DNA from: Deltaproteobacteria bacterium
GTDB lineage: Bacteria > Desulfobacterota > GWC2-55-46
Reading direction: 5' to 3'
DNA: 64,000 nucleotides
Assembly: GCA_016212705.1 (NCBI GenBank)
Contig: JACREU010000091.1
Coordinates: 217-64,216 of the forward strand
Made by a program: the position numbers and the translations under genes. Shown here piece after piece: positions 10,282-19,453 of this stretch. The stretch's first letter is position 1; each line of letters starts with the position of its first letter. The notes beneath the pieces are model-generated. The model did no database searches, was not told where the DNA came from, and worked only from the letters and a program-made list of their open reading frames with translations.

Positions 10282-12008
10282 ACGGAAGGCTTAAACTCCT
10301 CCTTTTCGCGCTCGCCCTCGTAGCGGCCTCTTTTGCCGTTTACCACGCCACACTCTGGAACTCCTTCGTCTACGACGACGCGGAGCAGGTATTGAGGAAC
10401 CGCTGGATCACGGATTCGGGGTATTTAAAGGAGATATTCACCTCCCACACGTTCGGCTTCTCGGAATCCAGCTACCAGGCTATCTCCTACAGGCCTCTCT
10501 TCCTGGCCTTCTATATGGCCGAGTACGCCGTCTTCGGCCTTGAGCCGTGGGGGTGGCACCTTGTGAACATAATCCTCCACTCGGCAAACGCCGTAATCGC
10601 GTTCCTTCTCATAAGGCGGCTCATCGGAGCGGATGAGGAAGGGGCGTCCTTCGCCGCCTTTGCCGGAGCCCTCGTATTCACGGTCCTTCCGGCGGGGAGC
10701 GAGGTGGTCTCGTGGGTCGGGTGCGTCCCTGAGCTCTTATATACCTTTCTCTGTCTCGTTTCTTTTTATGTATACGCGGGGGCCGGCAAGGGGGTCGTAA
10801 GGGTCGTCGTTTCGGTTTTCTTTTATTTCATCGCGGCCTTCACGAAGGAGACCGCCATAATATTCCCGTTCTTTTTTTACGTGTATGATTCGCTCCGCGA
10901 GGGTTGGGTCCCTGGTCTCTCCCGCGTAAAAAGGTACGTCCCTTTTGCGGCGGCGGCAGTTGCCTACATCGGCATAAAATCCGCGCTACTCGGCCACATA
11001 GCCGCGCCCGTTCGGATACACACGGACCTTAAAGCGGCGGACTTCCTCGCAAGCGCCCCGTATCTTTTCGTTGAGTACCTGAGGGCGCTCGTATTCCCCG
11101 AGGGCGTCTACCCCCTTCAGCCCTTTGCGCCGATACCCTTCTTCGGCGCGGAGTTCATACTCTCGGCCCTGGGCATCGTTGCGCTCTCAGCCTTCTGTTT
11201 TTACTTTCGAAAGAGGTTCGGCAGGTTAACCCTCCTCGCCTTCGCGATATTAGTCGTGCCGCTTCTGCCGGCGCTCTACGCCCCGGCCATAAGCAGGACC
11301 CCTTTTGCCGAGAGATACCTGTATCTCCCGTCCGTCGGGTTAGCGCTCCTTATAGCCCTTGCCTTCCAAAGGGGCCTGCTCTATTCGGCTGTCTGGCGGA
11401 AAGCGCTTATTATCGCGCTCGCCGTCGTCTCGGCCTTTTACTCCGTCTGGTCGTACAAAAAGTCCCTCAACTGGAGGGATGACAGGGCCCTGTGGGAAGC
11501 ATCGCTCAAGGGGGGGCCGGGAAACCATCTCGCGCTGCATTCGCTGGGGTACATCGATTTCAAGGAGGGCAGGGACATTGAGGCGATAGAGAAGTTATCG
11601 CAGGCGCTTAAATACAACCTTGAGGGGATCCACCCTGACCCGACGATGGTCCTCCTTACGAGGAAGGTTCTCGCCAACGCGTACCAGAGGGGAGGCTTGA
11701 GTGACCGTGCGGTAATTGAGTACGAGGAGGTCTTAAGGTACGAGCCCGAGGACCCTGTCGCAGGCTTCAACCTTGGGACTATATACGAGGGGATGGGCCG
11801 CCCCGGCGACGCGATAGAACTCTATGAAAAGGCGCTTTACTTCGCGAAAAGGCCGGAGCTTCTGAGGGAGATTATCTTAAGGCTCGGAGAAGGTTATGCA
11901 AGGACCGGGCGCGCAACTGAGGCGCGTGCCTTATATGAGAGGGGCGCGGAGGCGTTCCCCGGAGACCCCGAGTTCCGGCAAAGGGCCCGCGCCCTCCCCG
12001 CGCGTTAG
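10278..12008 (+). CDS. GT-C type membrane glycosyltransferase (PMT_2/TMTC-like) with C-terminal TPR repeats, paralogue 4
   Basis: LWNSFVYDDAEQV, YRPLFLA, WGWHLVNI and AFTKETA motifs. TPR-like C-terminus. 4-nt overlap with paralogue 3. Confidence 0.7.
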   Translation: MNGRLKLLLFALALVAASFAVYHATLWNSFVYDDAEQVLRNRWITDSGYLKEIFTSHTFGFSESSYQAISYRPLFLAFYMAEYAVFGLEPWGWHLVNIILHSANAVIAFLLIRRLIGADEEGASFAAFAGALVFTVLPAGSEVVSWVGCVPELLYTFLCLVSFYVYAGAGKGVVRVVVSVFFYFIAAFTKETAIIFPFFFYVYDSLREGWVPGLSRVKRYVPFAAAAVAYIGIKSALLGHIAAPVRIHTDLKAADFLASAPYLFVEYLRALVFPEGVYPLQPFAPIPFFGAEFILSALGIVALSAFCFYFRKRFGRLTLLAFAILVVPLLPALYAPAISRTPFAERYLYLPSVGLALLIALAFQRGLLYSAVWRKALIIALAVVSAFYSVWSYKKSLNWRDDRALWEASLKGGPGNHLALHSLGYIDFKEGRDIEAIEKLSQALKYNLEGIHPDPTMVLLTRKVLANAYQRGGLSDRAVIEYEEVLRYEPEDPVAGFNLGTIYEGMGRPGDAIELYEKALYFAKRPELLREIILRLGEGYARTGRATEARALYERGAEAFPGDPEFRQRARALPAR

Positions 12009-12132
12009 TGGATAAACCGCTTTCTTGTTGTAATCCGCCATATTATGATATAATCAGCGTGCCGGGACTGGGTTGGGGGCGCGAGGCTCAAAGGCGCTGA
12101 ATTGTGAAAAAACACGTCGAGGGAATATCTTC

Positions 12133-12954
12133 ATGGCTTCTGAAAGAACAGACTCTAATCCGATGAGCTCAACCCGCGAAAAGCTGGCCCACATGTTCTC
12201 CAAGGTCATGGCAGGGACGGTCACGAGGGAAGAGGGGACGATGCTCCTCAACCACCTCGTAAAGGAGGACCATGCAGGTACGGTAAAGGAGCTCGCCTAT
12301 CTTATCGACTACCCGCCCCCTGGCGTTTTCCCCAAGACCATACTCCACACCATAGCGCTTTCGAGGAACAAGGCCTTCTACAACATAATGGTAGGGAGCC
12401 TCGAGCACAAGAACGAGGAGGTCTCGATACTCGCGGCCCAGGAGCTCGCCAGGCTCAAGACCTCGGACGCGAAGGTCGTGCTCGTCGAACACCTGAACAG
12501 CGAGGTATACCACGTAAGAAAGGCTTCAGCGATAGCGCTCGTAGATGGGTTGACCGACGGGATTGATATCGTCAGAAGACACCTCATGGACCAGGCAGAG
12601 CCTTTTTACAGATCCACTTCCGCGCTGGCGCTCCTTACAGGCGGCAGGAAGGGTATGGAGGCGCTCCTCGCCATTCTCAATTCCGGCGAGCCGGGCCCCG
12701 TGTCCACGGCCGCTGAGGCGGTAATGGGGGCGTCTTCCAGGCTTGACGCGGGAGACATACCAAAGGTCTTCGAGGCGTTGATGCTCGCCGGCGACAGGAA
12801 GGACTCAAGGACGATTATAGAGCTTCTGAAGGTGGCGACGGCGCTCGGAGGCAGGGCGAGGGGGTTCGATGGCTATGTGCAGGCCTTCATCGACTACCCG
12901 TTCGACGCGGTGAGGAACGAAGCCGTGGACGCGCTCCGTGTGATCAGGGCTTGA
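12133..12954 (+). CDS. HEAT/PBS-lyase-like repeat protein
   Basis: Repeated approx. 30-aa helical units (SILAAQELARLK..., VRKASAIALVD..., VRNEAVDALRV). Start chosen at the ATG at 12133 rather than the 12073 extension. Confidence 0.5.
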   Translation: MASERTDSNPMSSTREKLAHMFSKVMAGTVTREEGTMLLNHLVKEDHAGTVKELAYLIDYPPPGVFPKTILHTIALSRNKAFYNIMVGSLEHKNEEVSILAAQELARLKTSDAKVVLVEHLNSEVYHVRKASAIALVDGLTDGIDIVRRHLMDQAEPFYRSTSALALLTGGRKGMEALLAILNSGEPGPVSTAAEAVMGASSRLDAGDIPKVFEALMLAGDRKDSRTIIELLKVATALGGRARGFDGYVQAFIDYPFDAVRNEAVDALRVIRA

Positions 12955-13765
12955 ACCTTGTCCGCCTCAGGCCTTCAGCGGCCTCGAAGAGGAGCGGGTC
13001 CAGCCCCTGCGCGGTTTCGTATTCTTCTGCGGCGCGTATATGCTCGCCCGACATTTCAAACGCCTTCCCGAGCCCGTTATGGGCCTCGGCGGAGCCGGGG
13101 GCAAGCTCGACGGCACGGGAAAGGTTCTCGATGGCTGAGGCCGGGTCTTTCTTGATGATGAACGCCTCCCCGATCAGCCTGTGGGCGTCCGCGTAATCCG
13201 GCCTGTACCTTAACGCCGTTCTGTATTCCCCGATCGCCTCATCCAGCAAGCCCGTATCCCTGTAAAGATACCCCAGGTTAATGAGCGTCTTCACGTGAGA
13301 GGGTTTTATGCCGAGGGCCGTCCTGTATTCCTTAAGCGCCTCCGGGAACCTGCCCTTCGTGTAATAGGCGTATCCGAGGTTGTTGCGGGCCTCGACTATG
13401 TCGGGTTTGAGCGCAAGGGCGATCTCGTACTTTTCAATGGCTTCGTCTATCCTTCCCCATGTGTGGAATATCGCCCCGATGTTGAAGTACGCCTTCCCGT
13501 AATACGGGTATATCCCGATGGCCAGCAAGTTTTCCTCGAGCGCGCGGTCGAGGTCGCCGTTTCCGGCAAGCACCGTAGCGTAGTTGTAATGCGGGCGGGC
13601 CTTTGACGGGGATTTGCCGACGACGTCCGCCCAGAGCGTCTCCGGGCTCTTCCAGACCGAATTCCTGTTGAACGATATGAAGGCGAGCGCGATGATGGCC
13701 GCCGCAAGCGCGAGCGATGGGAGGGGGGACTGGTCGGTCCGGGCTGTTGGGCCGTTTACGCTCAT
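12944..13765 (-). CDS. membrane-anchored TPR repeat protein
   Basis: N-terminal TM segment (LALAAAIIALAFISF) followed by about 6 TPR units (YYGKAYFNIGAIF..., ARNNLGYAYY...). Its start overlaps the stop of the upstream OMP gene (TAATG). Confidence 0.7.
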   Translation of the reverse strand: MSVNGPTARTDQSPLPSLALAAAIIALAFISFNRNSVWKSPETLWADVVGKSPSKARPHYNYATVLAGNGDLDRALEENLLAIGIYPYYGKAYFNIGAIFHTWGRIDEAIEKYEIALALKPDIVEARNNLGYAYYTKGRFPEALKEYRTALGIKPSHVKTLINLGYLYRDTGLLDEAIGEYRTALRYRPDYADAHRLIGEAFIIKKDPASAIENLSRAVELAPGSAEAHNGLGKAFEMSGEHIRAAEEYETAQGLDPLLFEAAEGLRRTRFKP

Positions 13766-15774
13766 TACCAGACCCTCACGAAGACCCTTGTGGCCCTGAA
13801 TAGCAGCGAGGCCTCCTTCGTCTCGGTATTGCTCTCGACCGTGTACGTGTTCTTCTGTTCGAGACCGAGGAACCAGGCCCTCAGGGGATAGGTGAGGGAG
13901 TTGGTGAACGAAGTAGTGTCCTTGTCCGACTCAGAGCTCAGCTTCTGTGTGACCGAGAAGGTCGCCTGCCAGTTTAGGTTGTTGTAGAACTTCCTCGTGT
14001 ACTGGGTGAGGAACTGCAGGTCCCTTATAGTGTCGGAGCCGCCCTCAAATTCGGTGTCCATCAGCGTGTAGTAGAGCGAGAGGCTCAGCGACCCCTTGAA
14101 AAGGGGCCTGTTGTGCCCGACGGAGGCCCCGACGGAGTCGTTCTGTCCCGACCCGCTAACCCCGCTGAATGTGCTCGATCGTTCAGCGTAGCCCATGAGG
14201 TTGAAGTTCTTGAAGTAGGCGGAAGTGGCGTCGAGCCTGTACGTCTCGCTCTTGCTCCCGGTTATATCGATATAGGACTCGGTTACGGATTTGTTGAATG
14301 AGGCGTTAATGAGGACGTACTGTTTCCAGAGCTTGTTGAAGGCGTTGGCGTTGTAGTTACTTGAATGGGAGAATATGTCCTGGCCGGCGAGCGTGTAGGT
14401 GTCGGCGCGCGAGAAGCCTGCGCCGAAGCCGACGTACTTGTTTACGTCTATGTTGCCGAGCGACGCGTTGAAGCTGTGCTCGAGGCCCTGCCCGGTGCTG
14501 AAGCCCTCGGCCTTGTCCTCTATGTAGCCAAGCCCCCAGCCTGCCCCCAGCACGGCCCAGGAAAGCGCCTTCGAGTAGCTCAGCCTGGAGGTCGCCCTGA
14601 GCGTTGTCCTGTCGCCGGTCGTTGCGGACGTATCCGAGGCCGTGTCGGTCGTCGTTGTGTCAGTGGTGGTGTCGGTCGTGTCCGTCGTGTCCGTGGTTGA
14701 GGCGGCCGAGGTGTTGGCGTTTGTCTTGTAATCGGAATACGACACCGATTCCGAGGCCATGAGGTTATCCGTGAGCCTGAGGTTTACGCCGCCGCCCACG
14801 CCGAATGACTCGGTTTCGGAATCCGAGGTCGAAGAGTCGCTCTTTACGGTGCCGAGGCTGACGGAGAGGCTCGCGTCCGCCCTCTTCGATATCTTGTAGC
14901 CCATGTCGCCGGAGTAGGTGGTCCCTATCTGCTCGTCGCCGTCGGTTGAGTTCCTGTAGTAGGAGTACCTGTGGTCCTGCTTGAAGTCCTCGCTCGGCTT
15001 GGAGTTGAGGAGGAGGCTTAAGCCTTCGAGGCTCGTATTGGCGTCCGAGTCGGTCTCGGTAGAGGCGGAACGGCTGAGCGTGGCGCCCGCGTATATCTGG
15101 GTGCTCTTGGATATCTTTGTGAGGTTGTTGGCGTTAAAGGTGGCGGTCGACGATTCCGTGCCGTCGGTCGAGCCGCTCGTCGAGTACTGCATCGTCGCAT
15201 CGTTCACCGTCGGGCCGATGTCCTTCTTCAATATGACCTTGTAGTTGCCGGTCTCCGTATCGAGGCCTTCCGACTCCGAGAGCGTCCTCTCGGCGTAGAG
15301 AGAGGTCTGAGGCAGGGTCCGGAGTTTCAAAAACCAGTTGAGGCCGTAGGTAGTCTTTATCGTTTCCGCAGTGCTCGACTCGTCCACGGTCCTCTGTCCG
15401 TATAGGGAGAGAGGTATGGCGGATTTCGGGAGCGCCGTCGTGCGGAAGTAATAGCCGGTAGAGCGAGTCGTGACGTCGCTGGCATCCGACGAATAGTCGC
15501 TGTTCGTGAAGGACACCCCGGCGTCGTAGATTAAGAGCCTCCTCGACAGGAAGTTGCCCTTCAAGTCCAGTGTGTATGTCTGCTGGAAGCGGGCCGATTC
15601 CGACCCTATTCCGTTCTGCTCGGCCGCGGACTCCTCGAACTCGAACAAGACCTGTCCAACGAGGGACTTGTAGATGTACGGGTCCTCCTCGACCGCGTAG
15701 CCTCTTTGAGGCGCAAAGAGGAGAGCGGCGACGGCGGCTGTTGCGGCAACGAGCGCCAGTTTGTTGCGGAGCAT
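13765..15774 (-). CDS. large outer-membrane beta-barrel protein (putative)
   Basis: Sec signal (AAVAALLFAPQRGYA). Alternating-hydrophobic, Ser/Thr/Tyr/Gly-rich strands throughout. C-terminal ...VFVRVW aromatic end typical of OMPs. Internal Thr/Asp low-complexity loop. Confidence 0.6.
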   Translation of the reverse strand: MLRNKLALVAATAAVAALLFAPQRGYAVEEDPYIYKSLVGQVLFEFEESAAEQNGIGSESARFQQTYTLDLKGNFLSRRLLIYDAGVSFTNSDYSSDASDVTTRSTGYYFRTTALPKSAIPLSLYGQRTVDESSTAETIKTTYGLNWFLKLRTLPQTSLYAERTLSESEGLDTETGNYKVILKKDIGPTVNDATMQYSTSGSTDGTESSTATFNANNLTKISKSTQIYAGATLSRSASTETDSDANTSLEGLSLLLNSKPSEDFKQDHRYSYYRNSTDGDEQIGTTYSGDMGYKISKRADASLSVSLGTVKSDSSTSDSETESFGVGGGVNLRLTDNLMASESVSYSDYKTNANTSAASTTDTTDTTDTTTDTTTTDTASDTSATTGDRTTLRATSRLSYSKALSWAVLGAGWGLGYIEDKAEGFSTGQGLEHSFNASLGNIDVNKYVGFGAGFSRADTYTLAGQDIFSHSSNYNANAFNKLWKQYVLINASFNKSVTESYIDITGSKSETYRLDATSAYFKNFNLMGYAERSSTFSGVSGSGQNDSVGASVGHNRPLFKGSLSLSLYYTLMDTEFEGGSDTIRDLQFLTQYTRKFYNNLNWQATFSVTQKLSSESDKDTTSFTNSLTYPLRAWFLGLEQKNTYTVESNTETKEASLLFRATRVFVRVW
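14612..14712 (-). repeat. Thr/Asp-rich low-complexity tract (TTDTTDTTDTTTDTTTTDTASDTSATTGD) encoded by degenerate ACN-GAC trinucleotide repeats
   Basis: Visible in the DNA as gtcggtcgtgtccgtcgtgtccgtggt-type repeats inside the OMP gene. Confidence 0.7.
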
Positions 15775-15969
15775 GGAACGGTCCTTTCCCGGCCCGACGC
15801 TTTGTTTTATTCCGGTGTCGACTTAAGGCAAAAACGGCTGTTCCGCGGAGGCCCCGCTTAAGTGTGGGGCCTGCGCGGCGTGTCTTTTTGACCAAGGGCT
15901 TCACAGGGCCCGGAGGACGCGGTGGGCCCTGCGGCTCTCAGACGCGCCTTCAGGCGGCCTTGATGAGAT

Positions 15970-16761
15970 TTACCAGGCGCACCTGAACCCCACGTCGTCG
16001 TAACGTCTTTCGGGGGGCGCGGCGTTCCTGAAAGGCGCCCTGACGTAGACCTGGAGCGAGTAGTGGCCCATGCCGCCCCATCCGCCGCCGCGGACCACCT
16101 TGAGCTTCTCCCCGTAATCAGGGTCCTTGAACTCGTTATTCGGGTACGGTTTGTACCAGTCCGACGTCCACTCCTGCGCGTTGCCGGACATGTCATAGGC
16201 GCCGTAGGGGCCGACCCCGTCCTTGAGCGTGCCTACCGGGAGGGTGCCGCCGTACTCGCCTATGGTGTTGACCTTCTTTATGTCGAAGTCGTTGCCCCAG
16301 GGGAAAATCCTCCCGTCCGCGCCTCTGGCGGCCTTCTCCCACTCCGCTTCCGACGGTAGCCTCCGCCCCTTCCACTTGCAGTACTCATCGGCGTCCGCCC
16401 ATGTCACGAATACCACGGGATGGTCGGAGAGGTTCGCCGGATACGACCCCGCGGACCACTGCGGCGGAGCGGTCCGCCTGGTGGCGTCTACGAACTCCTT
16501 GTACTGTCTGTTCGTCACCTCGGTCCTGTCGATATGGAACGTATCGAGTTTTATCTTCCTCTCGGGCCTCTCGTTCGCGTACCAGGGGCGCCTGTCGCCG
16601 TACTGCATGGCCTTGGCCTCCCTGTCCACCTCGTTACTGCCGATCGTGAACTCGCCCCCCGGGACCTTCACCATGTCCTCGGGCGCTGATTGGCACCCAA
16701 CGAGGGCGAGAGAGAGTGACGTAAGGATCAAATAACCGGCATTCTTTACGGAGCGCATCAA
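15970..16761 (-). CDS. FGE-sulfatase (SUMF1/EgtB/PvdO-like) domain lipoprotein
   Basis: Lipobox LALVGCQ. Motifs RLPSEAEWEKAARG, WTSDWYKPYP, VRGGGW and GFRCAW. Lacks the Cx4C active-site pair of true FGEs. Confidence 0.75.
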   Translation of the reverse strand: MMRSVKNAGYLILTSLSLALVGCQSAPEDMVKVPGGEFTIGSNEVDREAKAMQYGDRRPWYANERPERKIKLDTFHIDRTEVTNRQYKEFVDATRRTAPPQWSAGSYPANLSDHPVVFVTWADADEYCKWKGRRLPSEAEWEKAARGADGRIFPWGNDFDIKKVNTIGEYGGTLPVGTLKDGVGPYGAYDMSGNAQEWTSDWYKPYPNNEFKDPDYGEKLKVVRGGGWGGMGHYSLQVYVRAPFRNAAPPERRYDDVGFRCAW

Positions 16762-16848
16762 AAACCTCCCTGTGTTTAAAGGCCTACCCCGCGGGGGCCG
16801 GCCCGAAATGTGAAGTATTAACCGCCGTTAGCGGCTTTTTCAAGCCTT

Positions 16849-18417
16849 TCAGTCCAGGACGATCTCCCGGTCCGACGTCGCAATAACGCTGAAGCGGAAC
16901 CGCTCCCTGGTCTTGAAGTCCTGGAAATCCACAGGGTTGAAGTCGTCCGTAAAAAGCGTCTCTCCAAGGGGAAGCTCTATTTTCCTTGAAAGGAGCGCCC
17001 TTACGTCCTCCTCGAACGCTGGATGAACCCTGGCTTCGTAGGAGTCATTTATCGGCCGCTCGACGAGGGTCGCCGCGAATATCATGTTCACTACCCTTGG
17101 GGCGGGGGCGGAATACTCAACCGACGTGTAGACGTCGATACGGGGGAAGACCTCCTTCAAGGTCCGCAGGAGCGACGAGGGGGCCGCGAGGTCCTCCGGC
17201 ATATTCGACCCGACGAAGTTTATTATAAGGACCCCGTCTACTGCGAGCCTTTTTCTGACGAGCTTGAACGCCTCCAGGCTTATGAGGTGGCTCGGTGGCG
17301 TATCCCCTGAGAACGCGTCGAGGACTATTATGTCGTAAGGCTCCGTTGACGCGTTGAGGAAGTACCGGCCGTCCTCGATGAACGTCGGGTGGAGCGACTT
17401 GTCATAGGCGAAGTACCTGGCCGCCGTCAGAACGACCGAGGGGTTTATCTCCACTACGTCGGTCTTTATGCCGTAGAGCTTATGCAGCCTGTTCGGTACG
17501 ATGCCGCTCCCGAGCCCTATGACAAGGGCGCGCTTTGCCGAAGGGTTGTAAGCGCGCGAGAGCTTCTCGATGTAGTACGTGTACTTGGAGACCGAAAGCC
17601 CGGTCCTCAAGTCGACGGCGCCCTGTATCATGTTCTCAAGAAGGAACTCGCGGACCAATTGGTCTCCGTAGGTGTAATCGACGACCTTTATCTGCCCGTA
17701 GGCGCTGTCCTCGTTTACGACGAGAGCGGCCTTTGTGCCGTCGGGCCTGACGACGGACGGGAGGTCCTTCGGGAAAAGAAGGAGGACTAACGGCACCGCG
17801 ACGACCGCCAGGGCGTAGGCCTTTCTCCTGAACAGGAGCCAGTAGAGCGCCCCGATCAGGATGAGGGACGCCGACGAGAGGTAGATTATGTTATTGACGC
17901 CGATATTCGGTATGAGGATAAAGCCGGTGGATACGGTGCCGACGAAGCTCCCGGCGGTCGATACCGCGTAGAGCCAGCCGACGGTCCTCCCGATCCCGTC
18001 CCTCCCGTCGCCCATGTAGAGCTTGACGGTGTACGGCGCGACCATGCCGAGTAAAAATAGCGGCGGGCCGAAGAGGACGGTCGAGCTTACGAGCGACCCG
18101 GCGCGCAGGCCCAGGGACAGGGAGAGACCTATGACAGTCCCCTTTATGACCGGGACCGCGAGAAGGGAGAGCCCGGCGAGGAAAATGACCGTAAAGAGCG
18201 CGCCGTGGCTCCCGTATCGGTCCGCGAGCCTGCCGCCCAGCCAGTAGCCTAACGCGAGCGATACGAGCGTTACGGTTATGAGCGAGGTCCAGACGAAGAG
18301 GCTCACGCCGAAAGGCGGTCCGATGACCCTTGAGCCGATGAGCTCGACGACCATTACTATCGAGCCGCACGCGAAGGCGGTGAAGACGAGGTATTTGTTC
18401 GAGCCTTCCCCTTTCAT
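16849..18417 (-). CDS. fused polytopic membrane domain / spermidine-synthase-like (SpeE-like) protein
   Basis: About 7 N-terminal TM segments. C-terminal SAM-MTase/aminopropyltransferase-like motifs: ALVIGLGSGIV and DIIVLDAFSGD. Confidence 0.65.
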   Translation of the reverse strand: MKGEGSNKYLVFTAFACGSIVMVVELIGSRVIGPPFGVSLFVWTSLITVTLVSLALGYWLGGRLADRYGSHGALFTVIFLAGLSLLAVPVIKGTVIGLSLSLGLRAGSLVSSTVLFGPPLFLLGMVAPYTVKLYMGDGRDGIGRTVGWLYAVSTAGSFVGTVSTGFILIPNIGVNNIIYLSSASLILIGALYWLLFRRKAYALAVVAVPLVLLLFPKDLPSVVRPDGTKAALVVNEDSAYGQIKVVDYTYGDQLVREFLLENMIQGAVDLRTGLSVSKYTYYIEKLSRAYNPSAKRALVIGLGSGIVPNRLHKLYGIKTDVVEINPSVVLTAARYFAYDKSLHPTFIEDGRYFLNASTEPYDIIVLDAFSGDTPPSHLISLEAFKLVRKRLAVDGVLIINFVGSNMPEDLAAPSSLLRTLKEVFPRIDVYTSVEYSAPAPRVVNMIFAATLVERPINDSYEARVHPAFEEDVRALLSRKIELPLGETLFTDDFNPVDFQDFKTRERFRFSVIATSDREIVLD

Positions 18418-18432
18418 CTCATCGCGGGCCTT

Positions 18433-19425
18433 TTATTTTTTGTCATTCGCGCACCGGAACCCGAAGTTGTTGTTCTTCGTGGTCGGGTGGAAGAATATCC
18501 TGTTGTAGTTCGGGGAGCTTATCCCGCACTTGTACGTGGTGCAGTCGTACCAGGAGCCGCCCTTCAACACCTTGTACTTTTCCCCGTAGTTCTCGTCGGG
18601 GTGGGTGTTCCCGGGGTAGGGTTTGAACCAGCTGTCCGTCCACTCGAATGCGTTGCCGGCCATGTCGTAGAGGCCGTAAGGGCTCTTGCCGCTCTCGAAG
18701 GACCCGATCGGTAGCGTGTCCTCGTGCCCGTACTGCGGCGTGTTACCCTTTTCCTTGGCGAACTTGTCGCCCCAGGGGAATGTCCTCTTGTCAACGCCTC
18801 TGGCGGCCTTTTCCCATTCCTCCTCGGAGGGAAGGCGCTTGCCCTCCCATCTGCAGAAGTTGTCCGCGTCCTTCCATGTCACATATACGACAGGGTGGTC
18901 CTTCTTGCCCTCCGGAATATTCCCGTCCTTCCAGTGGTCCGGGGCAGGGTAGCCTGCGGCGTCGACGAAGGCCTTATAGCGCGCATTTGTTACCTCGTAT
19001 CTGTCGATGTAGAAGGCCCCGACCATCCTTGAATGCTCCGGCTGGCTCTTGGGCCACCATTCATTCGACCCCATGGTGAACTCCCCGGCAGGGATGAGCA
19101 CCATCCCCTTTGGGGCGGCCCCCTTTACCGCGCCCTTGCCGGAAGCAACGGCAAGGGTCTCGGCGTACCTGTCTATTTCATTCCGCTCCGAGGGGTCCCT
19201 GAACCTCCCGTTTATCTCCACATAGTTGTCGCTTAAGCCCGGGCCGTGGCACTCCGCGCAGGTCTCGTCCCTGGTGTAGTCCGTCGAGTACCGCCTGTCC
19301 GGCGTGTGGCAGTCCATGCACTTGGGCTCGCCTGTGGCCGGGTCGTAGTCGCTCGCCGCGCCGTAAGCGGACGTTGCGAGCGCGCAGAGGGAGACGGCAA
19401 CGGCTGATAAGAGTAGTCTTTTCAT
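18433..19425 (-). CDS. diheme c-type cytochrome fused to an FGE-sulfatase domain
   Basis: Signal peptide. Two CxxCH motifs (CMDCH, CAECH) in the N-terminal 60 aa. FGE-domain motifs follow: RLPSEEEWEKAARG, WTDSWFKPYP, LKGGSW, then C-TTYK-C (Cx4C) and GFRCAN. Confidence 0.75.
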   Translation of the reverse strand: MKRLLLSAVAVSLCALATSAYGAASDYDPATGEPKCMDCHTPDRRYSTDYTRDETCAECHGPGLSDNYVEINGRFRDPSERNEIDRYAETLAVASGKGAVKGAAPKGMVLIPAGEFTMGSNEWWPKSQPEHSRMVGAFYIDRYEVTNARYKAFVDAAGYPAPDHWKDGNIPEGKKDHPVVYVTWKDADNFCRWEGKRLPSEEEWEKAARGVDKRTFPWGDKFAKEKGNTPQYGHEDTLPIGSFESGKSPYGLYDMAGNAFEWTDSWFKPYPGNTHPDENYGEKYKVLKGGSWYDCTTYKCGISSPNYNRIFFHPTTKNNNFGFRCANDKK

Positions 19426-19453
19426 TTTTAGCCAGTTTTTTTTGTTTGCGGCC

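Noticed and set aside
15970-19425. Possibility that the two FGE/C-type-lectin-fold genes are variable targets of a diversity-generating retroelement.
   Set aside because: The window contains no reverse transcriptase gene. I could find no template-repeat copy of either C-terminal FGE segment in the neighbouring intergenic regions.
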